From positions 1 to 64,000 of the IMG/VR virus record IMGVR_UViG_3300028534_000004: DNA of 64,000 nt. One strand, written 5' to 3'. Below are positions 6,703-14,031 of the stretch, piece by piece. Each line of letters starts with the position of its first letter. Position 1 is the first letter of the stretch. The DNA comes from a virus. Both the position numbers and the translations under genes were made by a program. The notes below the pieces were generated by a model. That model ran no database searches. It saw nothing but the letters and a program-made list of their open reading frames with translations, and was not told where the DNA came from.

Positions 6703-7005
6703 TTGAATGAGAAATTTTATCAAAATAAAATATTTGAAATGCAATTTATAATCATAGAAACAATAGAACACCCTGACAAACACAAGACCGTTTATTACGG
6801 TCCTTATAAAAGTCGGGATAGAGCAAAATATATCAGGAATCAATTAAAGGAAAAAATTGAGTTTCCTGATTATCATCTACTAGTAAATTTGTACACTGGT
6901 TTAGATGATTTGGTAATGCTCTGGGAGAACAAATACAATCCCAGTGTCAAGGCTACTGTAAAATACAGCATTGAAGAACTAAAAAAGGCAAATTATGACA
7001 CCTAA
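6703..7005 (+). CDS. hypothetical protein
   Basis: 100-aa ORF from TTG 6703; the first in-frame ATG is at 6739. No motif. Confidence 0.5.
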   Translation: MNEKFYQNKIFEMQFIIIETIEHPDKHKTVYYGPYKSRDRAKYIRNQLKEKIEFPDYHLLVNLYTGLDDLVMLWENKYNPSVKATVKYSIEELKKANYDT

Positions 7006-7228
7006 AGCGGTGTAAAAACAGTTTTTCAATATAAAGCGTCTTCGACGCTGAAAAACTTCTTGAAGTTTTTACAAGAACGAATTTTTTAGGAGAAATGTTG
7101 CATAAAATCTCCTAAAGAATGTTAAAAGATATTAAACCCTGAAACATGGGTTAGGAGTACCGTTTTATCTCATAAACCTGTGTCCACTCGGTACTCCTTA
7201 TAAACTGAAACTCAAAAATTAAACTAAT

Positions 7229-9340
7229 ATGACCTTTAAAACATTTAGTGAAAAGATTGCAGAACATTTCAAAAGAAATATGTTAGGCAAACATCTTTTC
7301 AAATCTACGATTACAGGTTCCGAAGTATGGGATATGTACTTAGAGAACCTAAAAGAAGACCCGGTATTCAGGGACCCACAATCTTCGACACATAATTGTA
7401 ATCATTGTCATAACTTCATCAGAAGGTTTGGCAACATTGTCGCAATAGATGATGATTACAATGTAATTACTCTCTTCGACATAGAAGCAGAAGGTAATTA
7501 TGAAAAGGTAGCTAAACAAATCTCTCTTACTCTCAGAAATGCTGAAATAGGAGATGTATTTGCTGAGAACAGCTCTCTTATTGATATTGAAGAAAGAGAT
7601 ATTTGCACTTTAGGTATACCTAAAAACGTAAAAAGGTACACTAAAGAAGAAGCTGAATTGTACGGAGTAATAAAACCTAATGAGACTCGTACATTCTACC
7701 ATTTCCATATTCATTTGCCTAAAGCTCATTATAGTTATCGTTCTGATAATGATAAAGACAGCTTTGTAGGTGAACACAGAACTTCTTATGAAGTTTTACA
7801 TAGAGCAGTAACAGAGATTTCTCCTGACACTGTAAATTTGGTAGAAGACCTCATCACTTCAGATGCTGTCCTGAACACAAGAAGTAAACTCCAAGATTTG
7901 AGAGAATTTGCTTCAGTTCAGAATAAATACTTTGAGCTTTACACACAAGACCCAAGTAAAGCAAGAGCTATGTTAAAAGTTGTCGCTTTTGATAATTATA
8001 ATATAGCCAGATTCAGAAACACTTTGCTTGGAACTTTATTGGTAGAGTTGTCAGAAGGGAAAGAGCTTAACGAAGCTGTTAAACAGTATAACATGAGAAT
8101 AGACCCTGCAAATTACATGAGGGCAAAACCTGTTATTACTAAAAAACAAATAGAAGAAGCTAAGAGATTTATTGAAGAAAACAACTATGAAGATAGTCTT
8201 AATCGTCGTCATGCTAATATTGACGATATAAAGACAAATCTTATTCTTCATATCAATGATGAATCCCAGGACTTAAGAAGAGTCTCTTTATTAGACACAT
8301 TGGAACCTAATAAAGCTACACGTCACAAAAGAGCTAAGTTTGATGAAGTTATGGAAGTTTCAATAGAAACTTTCATGAAAGATATACTTCCTAAGACTTC
8401 ACGTCTTGAAGTTTATCTTGAGAATAAATACGAAAAGAATTTCGTTAATCTCATAGCTCCTATAAAGGAAGACAGCAAACCAATTTTTAAATGGGATAAT
8501 AATTTCTCGTGGACTTACAACGGTAATCTCACCGGAGTAAGTAAAATAAAAGAAGCTGTAAAATCAAGAGGCGGTAATGTTGATGCTGATGTAAGATTCA
8601 GTATCCATTGGGCAGATAATGTCAATGACAACAGTGATTTGGATGCTCATTGCACTACTCCTGAGAATGTAGAAATTTACTATAGCAATACCAAAGACTC
8701 CAAAACCAGGGGTTTCCTCGATATTGATATTATTAATCCTAGCGATTATAATCATCAAAATATCGTAGAAAATATTGCTTTTCCCAGACTGCAAGACATG
8801 ATTGATGGTACCTATGTTTTTAGGGTACACAATTACACCAATCGCGGTTCATTGGGATTTACAGCAGAAATCGAAATCCTTGGTGACATCTACAAATATA
8901 AATATTCGCAACCCCTTAAACAAGGAGAATATGTTGTAGTAGCTTCCATTCAAGTGAAGAATGGAAATGTAACTATACAACATTTGTTGCCTGAATTCAA
9001 CACCTCTAAAAAGATTTACAATTTAGACTCTGGTAAGTTTCATAAAGTAAATCTTGTTTGTCTTTCTCCAAATTATTGGAATAAAGAGGTAGGAATAAAA
9101 CATTATTTCTTCTTCCTTGAAGGAGCAAAGACAGACCAAAAGATAAGAGGATTTCACAACGAATTTTTACTTCCGGAACTCAGAAAACACAAAAGAGTAA
9201 TGGAAGTTCTTGCAAATACTCTTTTAGTAGAACCTACCGATAAACAATTAGCAGGTGTAGGCTTTACTGAAGGTTCTAAGGAGACTTTAACTGTAAAGGT
9301 TAAAGGTACTCACGAGAGAATAATCAAAATAAAATTCTAA
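7229..9340 (+). CDS. hypothetical protein (703 aa)
   Basis: Long ORF with an N-terminal Cys/His cluster (HNCNHCHNF). The C-terminal stretch DLDAHCTTPENVEIYY…GFLDIDII…GTYVFRVHNY weakly resembles the YfaP/DUF2135-type pattern by eye. Confidence 0.75.
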   Translation: MTFKTFSEKIAEHFKRNMLGKHLFKSTITGSEVWDMYLENLKEDPVFRDPQSSTHNCNHCHNFIRRFGNIVAIDDDYNVITLFDIEAEGNYEKVAKQISLTLRNAEIGDVFAENSSLIDIEERDICTLGIPKNVKRYTKEEAELYGVIKPNETRTFYHFHIHLPKAHYSYRSDNDKDSFVGEHRTSYEVLHRAVTEISPDTVNLVEDLITSDAVLNTRSKLQDLREFASVQNKYFELYTQDPSKARAMLKVVAFDNYNIARFRNTLLGTLLVELSEGKELNEAVKQYNMRIDPANYMRAKPVITKKQIEEAKRFIEENNYEDSLNRRHANIDDIKTNLILHINDESQDLRRVSLLDTLEPNKATRHKRAKFDEVMEVSIETFMKDILPKTSRLEVYLENKYEKNFVNLIAPIKEDSKPIFKWDNNFSWTYNGNLTGVSKIKEAVKSRGGNVDADVRFSIHWADNVNDNSDLDAHCTTPENVEIYYSNTKDSKTRGFLDIDIINPSDYNHQNIVENIAFPRLQDMIDGTYVFRVHNYTNRGSLGFTAEIEILGDIYKYKYSQPLKQGEYVVVASIQVKNGNVTIQHLLPEFNTSKKIYNLDSGKFHKVNLVCLSPNYWNKEVGIKHYFFFLEGAKTDQKIRGFHNEFLLPELRKHKRVMEVLANTLLVEPTDKQLAGVGFTEGSKETLTVKVKGTHERIIKIKF

Positions 9341-9344
9341 TAAA

Positions 9345-9719
9345 ATGGCAGATTACAAAAAAGCAACACGCTTGAAACTGCGTTTCTCAACAGTCTACGG
9401 AGAAATTTCCGTAGAAAAACTGTGGGATTTGGATGTTGAAGAACTCGACACCCTTGCAGTAGAACTCGATGAAGAACTTGATAAAGAACCTCGTCGTTCT
9501 TATATCAAGACCCAGAGTGAGAAAAATTCTATTCTTACTTTGAAAAGAGACATCGTAGTAGATGTTCTCAAGACCTTGCTTCATGAGCAAGAAGAAGCTC
9601 GCAATAAAGCTTTGCGCGAAGCAAAGAAACAACGTATTGCAGAGCTTATTGAAAAGAAAAAAGAACAAGAACTTGAGTCTCTTTCGCTGGAAGAACTCAA
9701 AAGAATGTTGGAGGAATAA
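9345..9719 (+). CDS. hypothetical protein, Glu/Lys-rich coiled-coil-like
   Basis: 124-aa ORF starting 4 nt after the previous stop. Confidence 0.6.
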   Translation: MADYKKATRLKLRFSTVYGEISVEKLWDLDVEELDTLAVELDEELDKEPRRSYIKTQSEKNSILTLKRDIVVDVLKTLLHEQEEARNKALREAKKQRIAELIEKKKEQELESLSLEELKRMLEE

Positions 9720-9721
9720 AT

Positions 9722-10045
9722 ATGGTACTCGCATTATTAGGAACGCTAGTGCTCTTTGGAGCAATAGCATTCGGGACATATCCCGATGAGTCCTTCATAG
9801 TAATAGTAGGACAAGCCTTCGGGGGACTTTTTCTTCTTACAGCTATGTTCGTTGTTATAGTAATTATAGATGTAAGTAAAGAAAAACTACGTAAACTTGG
9901 TAACCAAATTCTAATATTAGCCATACCAATCTCTTTATGGTTAATGTTTTTGAATTATTTACCGGTTGAATTATTTTGGATTTCACTTGCTATTTTAGCA
10001 ATAACTTTGTTAATAGCAATGTTGATGCCTGTAAGAAAATCTTAA
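9722..10045 (+). CDS. small membrane protein (about 3 hydrophobic helices)
   Basis: 107-aa ORF containing VLALLGTLVLFGAIAFG, AFGGLFLLTAMFVVIVII and LFWISLAILAITLLIAML. Confidence 0.6.
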   Translation: MVLALLGTLVLFGAIAFGTYPDESFIVIVGQAFGGLFLLTAMFVVIVIIDVSKEKLRKLGNQILILAIPISLWLMFLNYLPVELFWISLAILAITLLIAMLMPVRKS

Positions 10046-10052
10046 TATATTT

Positions 10053-10085
10053 AAGGGGTTATATTTAATATATAGCCCCTTTTCT
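10053..10085 (+). terminator. intrinsic terminator
   Basis: 12-bp stem AAGGGGTTATAT / ATATAGCCCCTT (one G-U pair) followed by TTCTC. Confidence 0.55.
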
Positions 10086-10145
10086 CACTTATGGTATAAA
10101 GATAAGTTCGATTCTTATCAGTGAGCTAAATTTAAACTCAAAATC

Positions 10146-10418
10146 ATGAATAAATTAGAATTTTACGATGATGTTTTTGAAGAATATTCAGATAGTTACG
10201 TTGCTTGTAGCGAAAATGATTATTCTGAAGATACAAAAACACTATCGAAAAAAGCTTTTAAAAAAGCTATCGCTAAAGTCTTTCCTAATGTCGAAATAGG
10301 AAATCTCGATGAGTTATTTTTCGAAAATGCTGATGAAATCAACCTTTGTAACGGAGAAAGATTGATGACTAAAAGATATTTTTTCAAGGTTCTTGGAGAA
10401 ATAGAAAAATTTGTCTAA
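10146..10418 (+). CDS. hypothetical protein
   Basis: 90-aa ORF with an ATG start. No motif. Confidence 0.55.
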   Translation: MNKLEFYDDVFEEYSDSYVACSENDYSEDTKTLSKKAFKKAIAKVFPNVEIGNLDELFFENADEINLCNGERLMTKRYFFKVLGEIEKFV

Positions 10419-10449
10419 TTTTCGCCATTATAAATTAAAAACTAAAACA

Positions 10450-10671
10450 ATGGAATTTCGTATTTATCAAGACACTGAGTACTTAAACGGAAAGAAAGAT
10501 TCTATTTTATTTGACAAGATAGAAGCTAAAAATATTGATGATGCAATTCGTCAATTAAAAAACCGTTATAAGATAAAAGTAAAGAAAATTCACCCGCGTC
10601 AAGGGAAAGCCGAATTTGATATTCTTCAGATTCAGTACTTAGGTGATAATTTCAGAATCCAAAGAATATGA
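10450..10671 (+). CDS. hypothetical protein
   Basis: The track ORF starts at TTG 10411; the first ATG is at 10450 (MEFRIYQD…). The stop overlaps the next start (ATGA). Confidence 0.5.
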   Translation: MEFRIYQDTEYLNGKKDSILFDKIEAKNIDDAIRQLKNRYKIKVKKIHPRQGKAEFDILQIQYLGDNFRIQRI

Positions 10672-10898
10672 AAATAAGCAAATTAAGACGAAAACTAAAG
10701 AAAAAAGAATACGTTGAATTCTTACTAGACCAATATATTGCTGAAAGCGAACACTGGTATAGATTTTACGAATTTGAATGTAGTTCTTTTTTTAAAGGGT
10801 ATTCGGCAGCCCTTGCTAATACAAGAATTTACAATCTAAAAGCTCCAAGAGTAGATAGACATGTAGAATTCTTGTCCAAGTTACTAGAAGAACTTTAA
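10668..10898 (+). CDS. hypothetical protein
   Basis: 76-aa ORF coupled to the upstream gene. Confidence 0.5.
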   Translation: MKISKLRRKLKKKEYVEFLLDQYIAESEHWYRFYEFECSSFFKGYSAALANTRIYNLKAPRVDRHVEFLSKLLEEL

Positions 10899-10904
10899 AT
10901 TGTC

Positions 10905-10978
10905 GGACCTGTAGCTCAACAGGTTAGAGCACTACACTGATAATGTAGAGGTTCTAAGTTCAAATCTTAGCAGGTCCA
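10905..10978 (+). tRNA. tRNA-Ile(GAT): tRNA-Ile (anticodon GAT)
   Basis: Full cloverleaf: GGACCTG TA GCTC-AACAGGTTA-GAGC A CTACA-CTGATAA-TGTAG AGGTT CTAAG-TTCAAAT-CTTAG CAGGTCC A. CCA is not encoded. Confidence 0.93.
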
Positions 10979-11040
10979 CGAACATTCTCCAAAACCCTCT
11001 CGTGGATTTATTATACTAGATAATATCTTTATGTCTTTAA

Positions 11041-11070
11041 GCGAGTTTTGAGAGGGTCTCGCTTTTTTTT
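11041..11070 (+). terminator. intrinsic terminator (loop complementary to an upstream box)
   Basis: GCGAG (11041-45) / CTCGC (11058-62) plus T8. The loop sequence GAGAGGGT (11050-57) is complementary to ACCCTCTC (10994-11001). Confidence 0.65.
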
Positions 11071-11072
11071 AT

Positions 11073-11210
11073 GGTAGGGTGACGAAATGGTAGACGTAAC
11101 CTTGGGATAGCATCCCAACCCTTACAGCGGGAAAGAGGTGCTGTTGCAAGCATTATGCGATGCATGCTAAACTTAATGCTGAAGTACAGGTTCGAATCCT
11201 GTCCCTACCA
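11073..11210 (+). tRNA. oversized tRNA-like gene (138 nt), anticodon unresolved
   Basis: Acceptor GGTAGGG / CCCTACC, class-II-like D arm (TG ACG AAATGGTAGA CGT) and T arm ACAGG-TTCGAAT-CCTGT. There are 87 nt between the D and T arms, and I can fold no 5-bp/7-nt anticodon arm. Confidence 0.5.
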
Positions 11211-11312
11211 CCTTCTGTTATAGCAAGTGATAGAAGCTACCTCTTGATTTTGGTAGAAGTCCAAAATTCCCAAAAACCTCCCACAATCGTTTTGGTGTAA
11301 AAGAACAAATAA

Positions 11313-11345
11313 GACGAGTTTCGGGAGGTTCTCGTCTTTCTTTTT
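11313..11345 (+). terminator. intrinsic terminator (loop complementary to an upstream box)
   Basis: GACGAG (11313-18) / CTCGTC (11331-36) followed by TTTCTTTTT. The loop sequence GGGAGGTT (11323-30) is complementary to AACCTCCC (11275-82). Confidence 0.65.
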
Positions 11346-11363
11346 AACTAAAAAAATAAAAAT

Positions 11364-11615
11364 ATGATAAAGGTAATTCAAAATCAGCCGGAGACACTTA
11401 TAGAGTGTTCTTTCGATGAAAATACTTCTATAATCGATAGATTAGCAGAAGTAGAAGAAATGTTTAAGAAAACAGATTTCTTGGCATTTCATGCAAAAAG
11501 AGTAGAAGTCTATTGCTCTTGTCCTTATGTTTCTCAAGTAATAATGAGAACAATAAGGTACATTGCTAAAGAGTACTACTATTCTGATACTAAAAACAAA
11601 TTAATAAAACTATAA
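11364..11615 (+). CDS. hypothetical protein
   Basis: 83-aa ORF with an ATG start. No motif. Confidence 0.55.
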   Translation: MIKVIQNQPETLIECSFDENTSIIDRLAEVEEMFKKTDFLAFHAKRVEVYCSCPYVSQVIMRTIRYIAKEYYYSDTKNKLIKL

Positions 11616-11660
11616 AAAGATACCGAAATAAGGTACTATAATAAAGATATATGGGATATT

Positions 11661-11733
11661 TGCGGAGTGATAGCAATGGTAGCTTGCGAGTCTCATAAGC
11701 TCGAGGTTCCAGGTTCGAGTCCTGGCTCCGCAA
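11661..11733 (+). tRNA. tRNA-Met(CAT): tRNA with CAT anticodon (elongator Met or Ile2)
   Basis: Acceptor TGCGGAG / CTCCGCA, anticodon arm CGAGT-CTCATAA-GCTCG, variable region AGGTT, T arm CCAGG-TTCGAGT-CCTGG, discriminator A. The D stem is weak (3 bp). Confidence 0.8.
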
Positions 11734-11751
11734 CTTTATTCCGTAGGCATG

Positions 11752-11860
11752 AAAGAAGTAGTGACCTACGAAGAGTGTGTTTAACGGTTGCCCACGGTTC
11801 ACACTTAAATAAAAAACTAATACTGAACACGGGATGGGCTCCGTGTTCCTTATTGGCCAG
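11752..11860 (+). ncRNA. conserved two-hairpin RNA element, copy A
   Basis: Aligns with 14030-14145. Stem 1 is AGTGTG (11774-79) / CACACT (11800-05), with a conserved roughly 20-nt loop. Stem 2 is GAACACGG (11825-32) / CCGTGTTC (11841-48) with loop GATGGGCT. All stem differences from copy B are compensatory. Confidence 0.6.
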
Positions 11861-11870
11861 AATAAAACTA

Positions 11871-11976
11871 AGGAGAGTGGCGGAATTGGTAGACGCTCTG
11901 CCCAATGACACATTTTGTGTGCAATCTGTAAATATATGGGTATAGATATTTGCTGGTTCGAATCCAGTCTCTCCTC
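11871..11976 (+). tRNA. atypical class-II-like tRNA-like gene (106 nt), anticodon unresolved
   Basis: Acceptor AGGAGAG / CTCTCCT, Leu-like D arm (TG GCG GAATTGGTAGA CGC), long variable hairpin AAATAT-ATGGGTATAG-ATATTT and T arm GCTGG-TTCGAAT-CCAGT. About 13 surplus nt lie at the anticodon-arm position. Only a bulged stem with loop ATTTTGT can be drawn. Confidence 0.5.
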
Positions 11977-11996
11977 TAATTTTAAAACTAAATTTT

Positions 11997-12230
11997 ATGG
12001 AAATCACAAACGAATTACAGAATTTAATATCTAAACTAATTTCAGAGTTTGATAAAAAGAACTATGATTTATACATAGAAATAGTAGATGAAAGAGAAGG
12101 AATATATACTATCAATTATAAGATAGTTGATAGATTACTTTCCTTCGAATACGTAGGTACCTTTCACTGTACTGAAGATGAATTACGTACAAAGTTAAAT
12201 GGCACCTTAAGTCAAATAGAGTCGCTATGA
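11997..12230 (+). CDS. hypothetical protein
   Basis: 77-aa ORF whose stop overlaps the next start. Confidence 0.55.
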   Translation: MEITNELQNLISKLISEFDKKNYDLYIEIVDEREGIYTINYKIVDRLLSFEYVGTFHCTEDELRTKLNGTLSQIESL

Positions 12231-12418
12231 AGTACTTAGTAGTTAAAATAGAAGACGATACCTTATTCTTCCTTGCAGATATTGTTTACAAGGAAATTTG
12301 GACAAGGTATTACAGTTACAGCATAAAATTCGTAAACAAAGAACAAGCAGAAGATTATGCTAAGAAACTTGATGGTTTCGTGATTAAAACTACCACCCAC
12401 AAGCCACGTTCTTGGTAA
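12227..12418 (+). CDS. hypothetical protein
   Basis: 63-aa ORF coupled to the upstream gene. Confidence 0.5.
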   Translation: MKYLVVKIEDDTLFFLADIVYKEIWTRYYSYSIKFVNKEQAEDYAKKLDGFVIKTTTHKPRSW

Positions 12419-12446
12419 CAGAGAATAGTGGTTTTATTCATAGATT

Positions 12447-12468
12447 AAACCGGAAGAAATTCCGGTTT
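12447..12468 (+). terminator. intrinsic terminator-like hairpin
   Basis: AAACCGGAA-GAAA-TTCCGGTTT: a 9-bp stem with a GAAA loop, the U-tract forming part of the stem. Confidence 0.55.
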
Positions 12469-12500
12469 ATATATACATTAACTTTAAAAGAAAATTATTT

Positions 12501-12872
12501 ATGGAAACATTAGAACAAAAATTTACAGAAGTAGTAAAAGACAAAGAAATTAAATATCAAGAATACACCGAAGATGAGATTAGACTCAGCGACATCTTCA
12601 ATGATGAAAGTATAGACGATAAGTTTGAAATTGTCTATATCGACACTGACGTCGAGGTAGTATATGAGGGAAGACATTATTCGACTGCAATTTACTTTTT
12701 TAAATTGATAGATAAAGAAACAAAAGAAGAAACAACTATCGGAATAGAACTAGTACATAGAATCTATTCTGAAATGATGGGAATTAAAGATTGTTACCAT
12801 AAACCAAAATTGTTCTTCATAGAGAAGAAAGAGGTAATTAGTTATACATACGACTATAAACCAATAAAATAA
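12501..12872 (+). CDS. hypothetical protein
   Basis: 123-aa ORF with an ATG start. No motif. Confidence 0.6.
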   Translation: METLEQKFTEVVKDKEIKYQEYTEDEIRLSDIFNDESIDDKFEIVYIDTDVEVVYEGRHYSTAIYFFKLIDKETKEETTIGIELVHRIYSEMMGIKDCYHKPKLFFIEKKEVISYTYDYKPIK

Positions 12873-12878
12873 CAGCGA

Positions 12879-12964
12879 GCTCAGGTGGTGAAATTGGCAG
12901 ACACGCAGGACTTAAAATCCTGTAGGTAGTAATACCTGTGAGGGTTCAAGTCCCTCTCTGAGCA
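12879..12964 (+). tRNA. tRNA-Leu(TAA): tRNA-Leu (anticodon TAA)
   Basis: Class II cloverleaf: GCTCAGG TG GTG-AAATTGGCAGA-CAC G CAGGA-CTTAAAA-TCCTG, variable arm TAGGTAGTAATACCTGT, T arm GAGGG-TTCAAGT-CCCTC, TCTGAGC A. Confidence 0.9.
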
Positions 12965-12987
12965 CTAATTTTTAAATAGAAATTATT

Positions 12988-13149
12988 ATGGCCTCAGAAA
13001 AGAAAAAGAAAAAGTTAAAAAATGCTCATCTTGCAAAAGGAGCATTAAAGGTAAAGAAAGTTCGTTGTAAACGACTTCTCTTTTATACATCCTCTCAAAG
13101 ATTAGAGGAAAAGAGAAATCTAAGAAAACTTATAAACCGGATAAAATGA
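12988..13149 (+). CDS. small basic protein (53 aa), putative
   Basis: ATG at 12988 (MASEKKKKKLKNAHLAKG…). The stop overlaps the next ATG (ATGA). Below the track size cutoff. Confidence 0.4.
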   Translation: MASEKKKKKLKNAHLAKGALKVKKVRCKRLLFYTSSQRLEEKRNLRKLINRIK

Positions 13150-13349
13150 TAATTATTGTAATACTAATATTCGTATGTTACTATATCATAGTGGCATACA
13201 TAGCGATGAGAAAAGAACAAAAAGATTTCTGTTGGAGGTACTGTATTCTTAAGCGTTATTTCGATAGCGGAGAATGGAGTATGTCAAAAAAAGAAGAAAA
13301 ACGCGCTAAAAAGTGTAAATGCCCTAAAAATAAAGAAAATGAAATTTAA
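13146..13349 (+). CDS. small membrane-anchored protein
   Basis: 67-aa ORF with an N-terminal hydrophobic helix (IIIVILIFVCYYIIVAYIAM) and a basic Cys-containing tail. Confidence 0.5.
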   Translation: MIIIVILIFVCYYIIVAYIAMRKEQKDFCWRYCILKRYFDSGEWSMSKKEEKRAKKCKCPKNKENEI

Positions 13350-14031
13350 AATAGAATTCTTAGACAACAATGGTTCTGAAAATAGATGGAAAATAATAAT
13401 ATATCCAAATGATGAAAAACTCAAAAGAAGATTATCAAAAAAAATGGAAGAATCTTTACCTAATTCTACTATTATAACAGAAGAAGGTATAATTTTTATC
13501 GCACCTGTAGATGTTAAAATGAATAACATCTCAAATTTCATAAAGAGACAACAACCTATCTTAGAAGAATGGTTAGCTGACAATGTTGATAAATACTTTT
13601 TGACTATCAATTCTTTGTTAGAATTAGAAATTATCTGTGAAACAGGACCTTTGAAAGCTTATATTAGACTTAATAATTTTGAAAAATTAGAAGTAACTAT
13701 AGGTTATACATTCGAGGAACTTATATCAACACCGATTGTTCACGATGATGAAAATATCAAAGTTAGTAGTAATTGGTTTGTAAATAAAGTTATTAATCAA
13801 GGAAATTTAACATACGAAAATGCAATTGGTGATTATATAATAATTTACAAAGATGATGAAATAAAATACAAAGAAATACATTCTACCTTAGAATTGTTAC
13901 TATTAAAATCAGTAGAATCAGGTATTAACATAGATTCTATTAACTACATCTTTGAAAACGGAAAAGAAATAAACATCACTACCATAAACGGTTATGAGAA
14001 ATTAAGAGCTTCTGGAAATCCGCAAGAGTGA
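13339..14031 (+). CDS. hypothetical protein
   Basis: 230-aa ORF. No motif. Confidence 0.65.
   Translation: MKFKIEFLDNNGSENRWKIIIYPNDEKLKRRLSKKMEESLPNSTIITEEGIIFIAPVDVKMNNISNFIKRQQPILEEWLADNVDKYFLTINSLLELEIICETGPLKAYIRLNNFEKLEVTIGYTFEELISTPIVHDDENIKVSSNWFVNKVINQGNLTYENAIGDYIIIYKDDEIKYKEIHSTLELLLLKSVESGINIDSINYIFENGKEINITTINGYEKLRASGNPQE

Larger units (their letters stand above)
2394..7228 (+). repeat. hairpin-saturated block (dense short perfect inverted repeats in coding and non-coding sequence)
   Basis: Dozens of perfect 7-14 bp stems with 3-13 nt loops, many of them GAAA/AGAA/CGAAA/UUCG-type loops. Examples: 3563-3590 (11 bp), 3688-3717 (11 bp), 4759-4780, 4795-4817 and 4820-4844 (9 bp each), 5707-5745 (14 bp). 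The density drops sharply after 7229. Confidence 0.85.

Noticed and set aside
11073-11210. Group I intron inside the 138-nt tRNA-like gene
   Set aside because: The surplus is only about 50 nt, far below the size of a group I intron core, and no P3-P7-like pairings were evident.
11590-12007. ORFs 11590..11913 (-), 11667..11945 (+) and 11693..12007 (-)
   Set aside because: They run through tRNA-Met, the covarying RNA element and the 106-nt tRNA-like gene. Their translations contain the typical tRNA-derived strings (e.g. GFEPA, GSSPGS). They are artefacts of an RNA-gene island.
12470-12500. Third copy of the CATAAACCTTTAAA leader upstream of 12501..12872 (ACATTAACTTTAAAAG)
   Set aside because: It matches only partially, with gaps, and is indistinguishable from generic AT-rich leader sequence.
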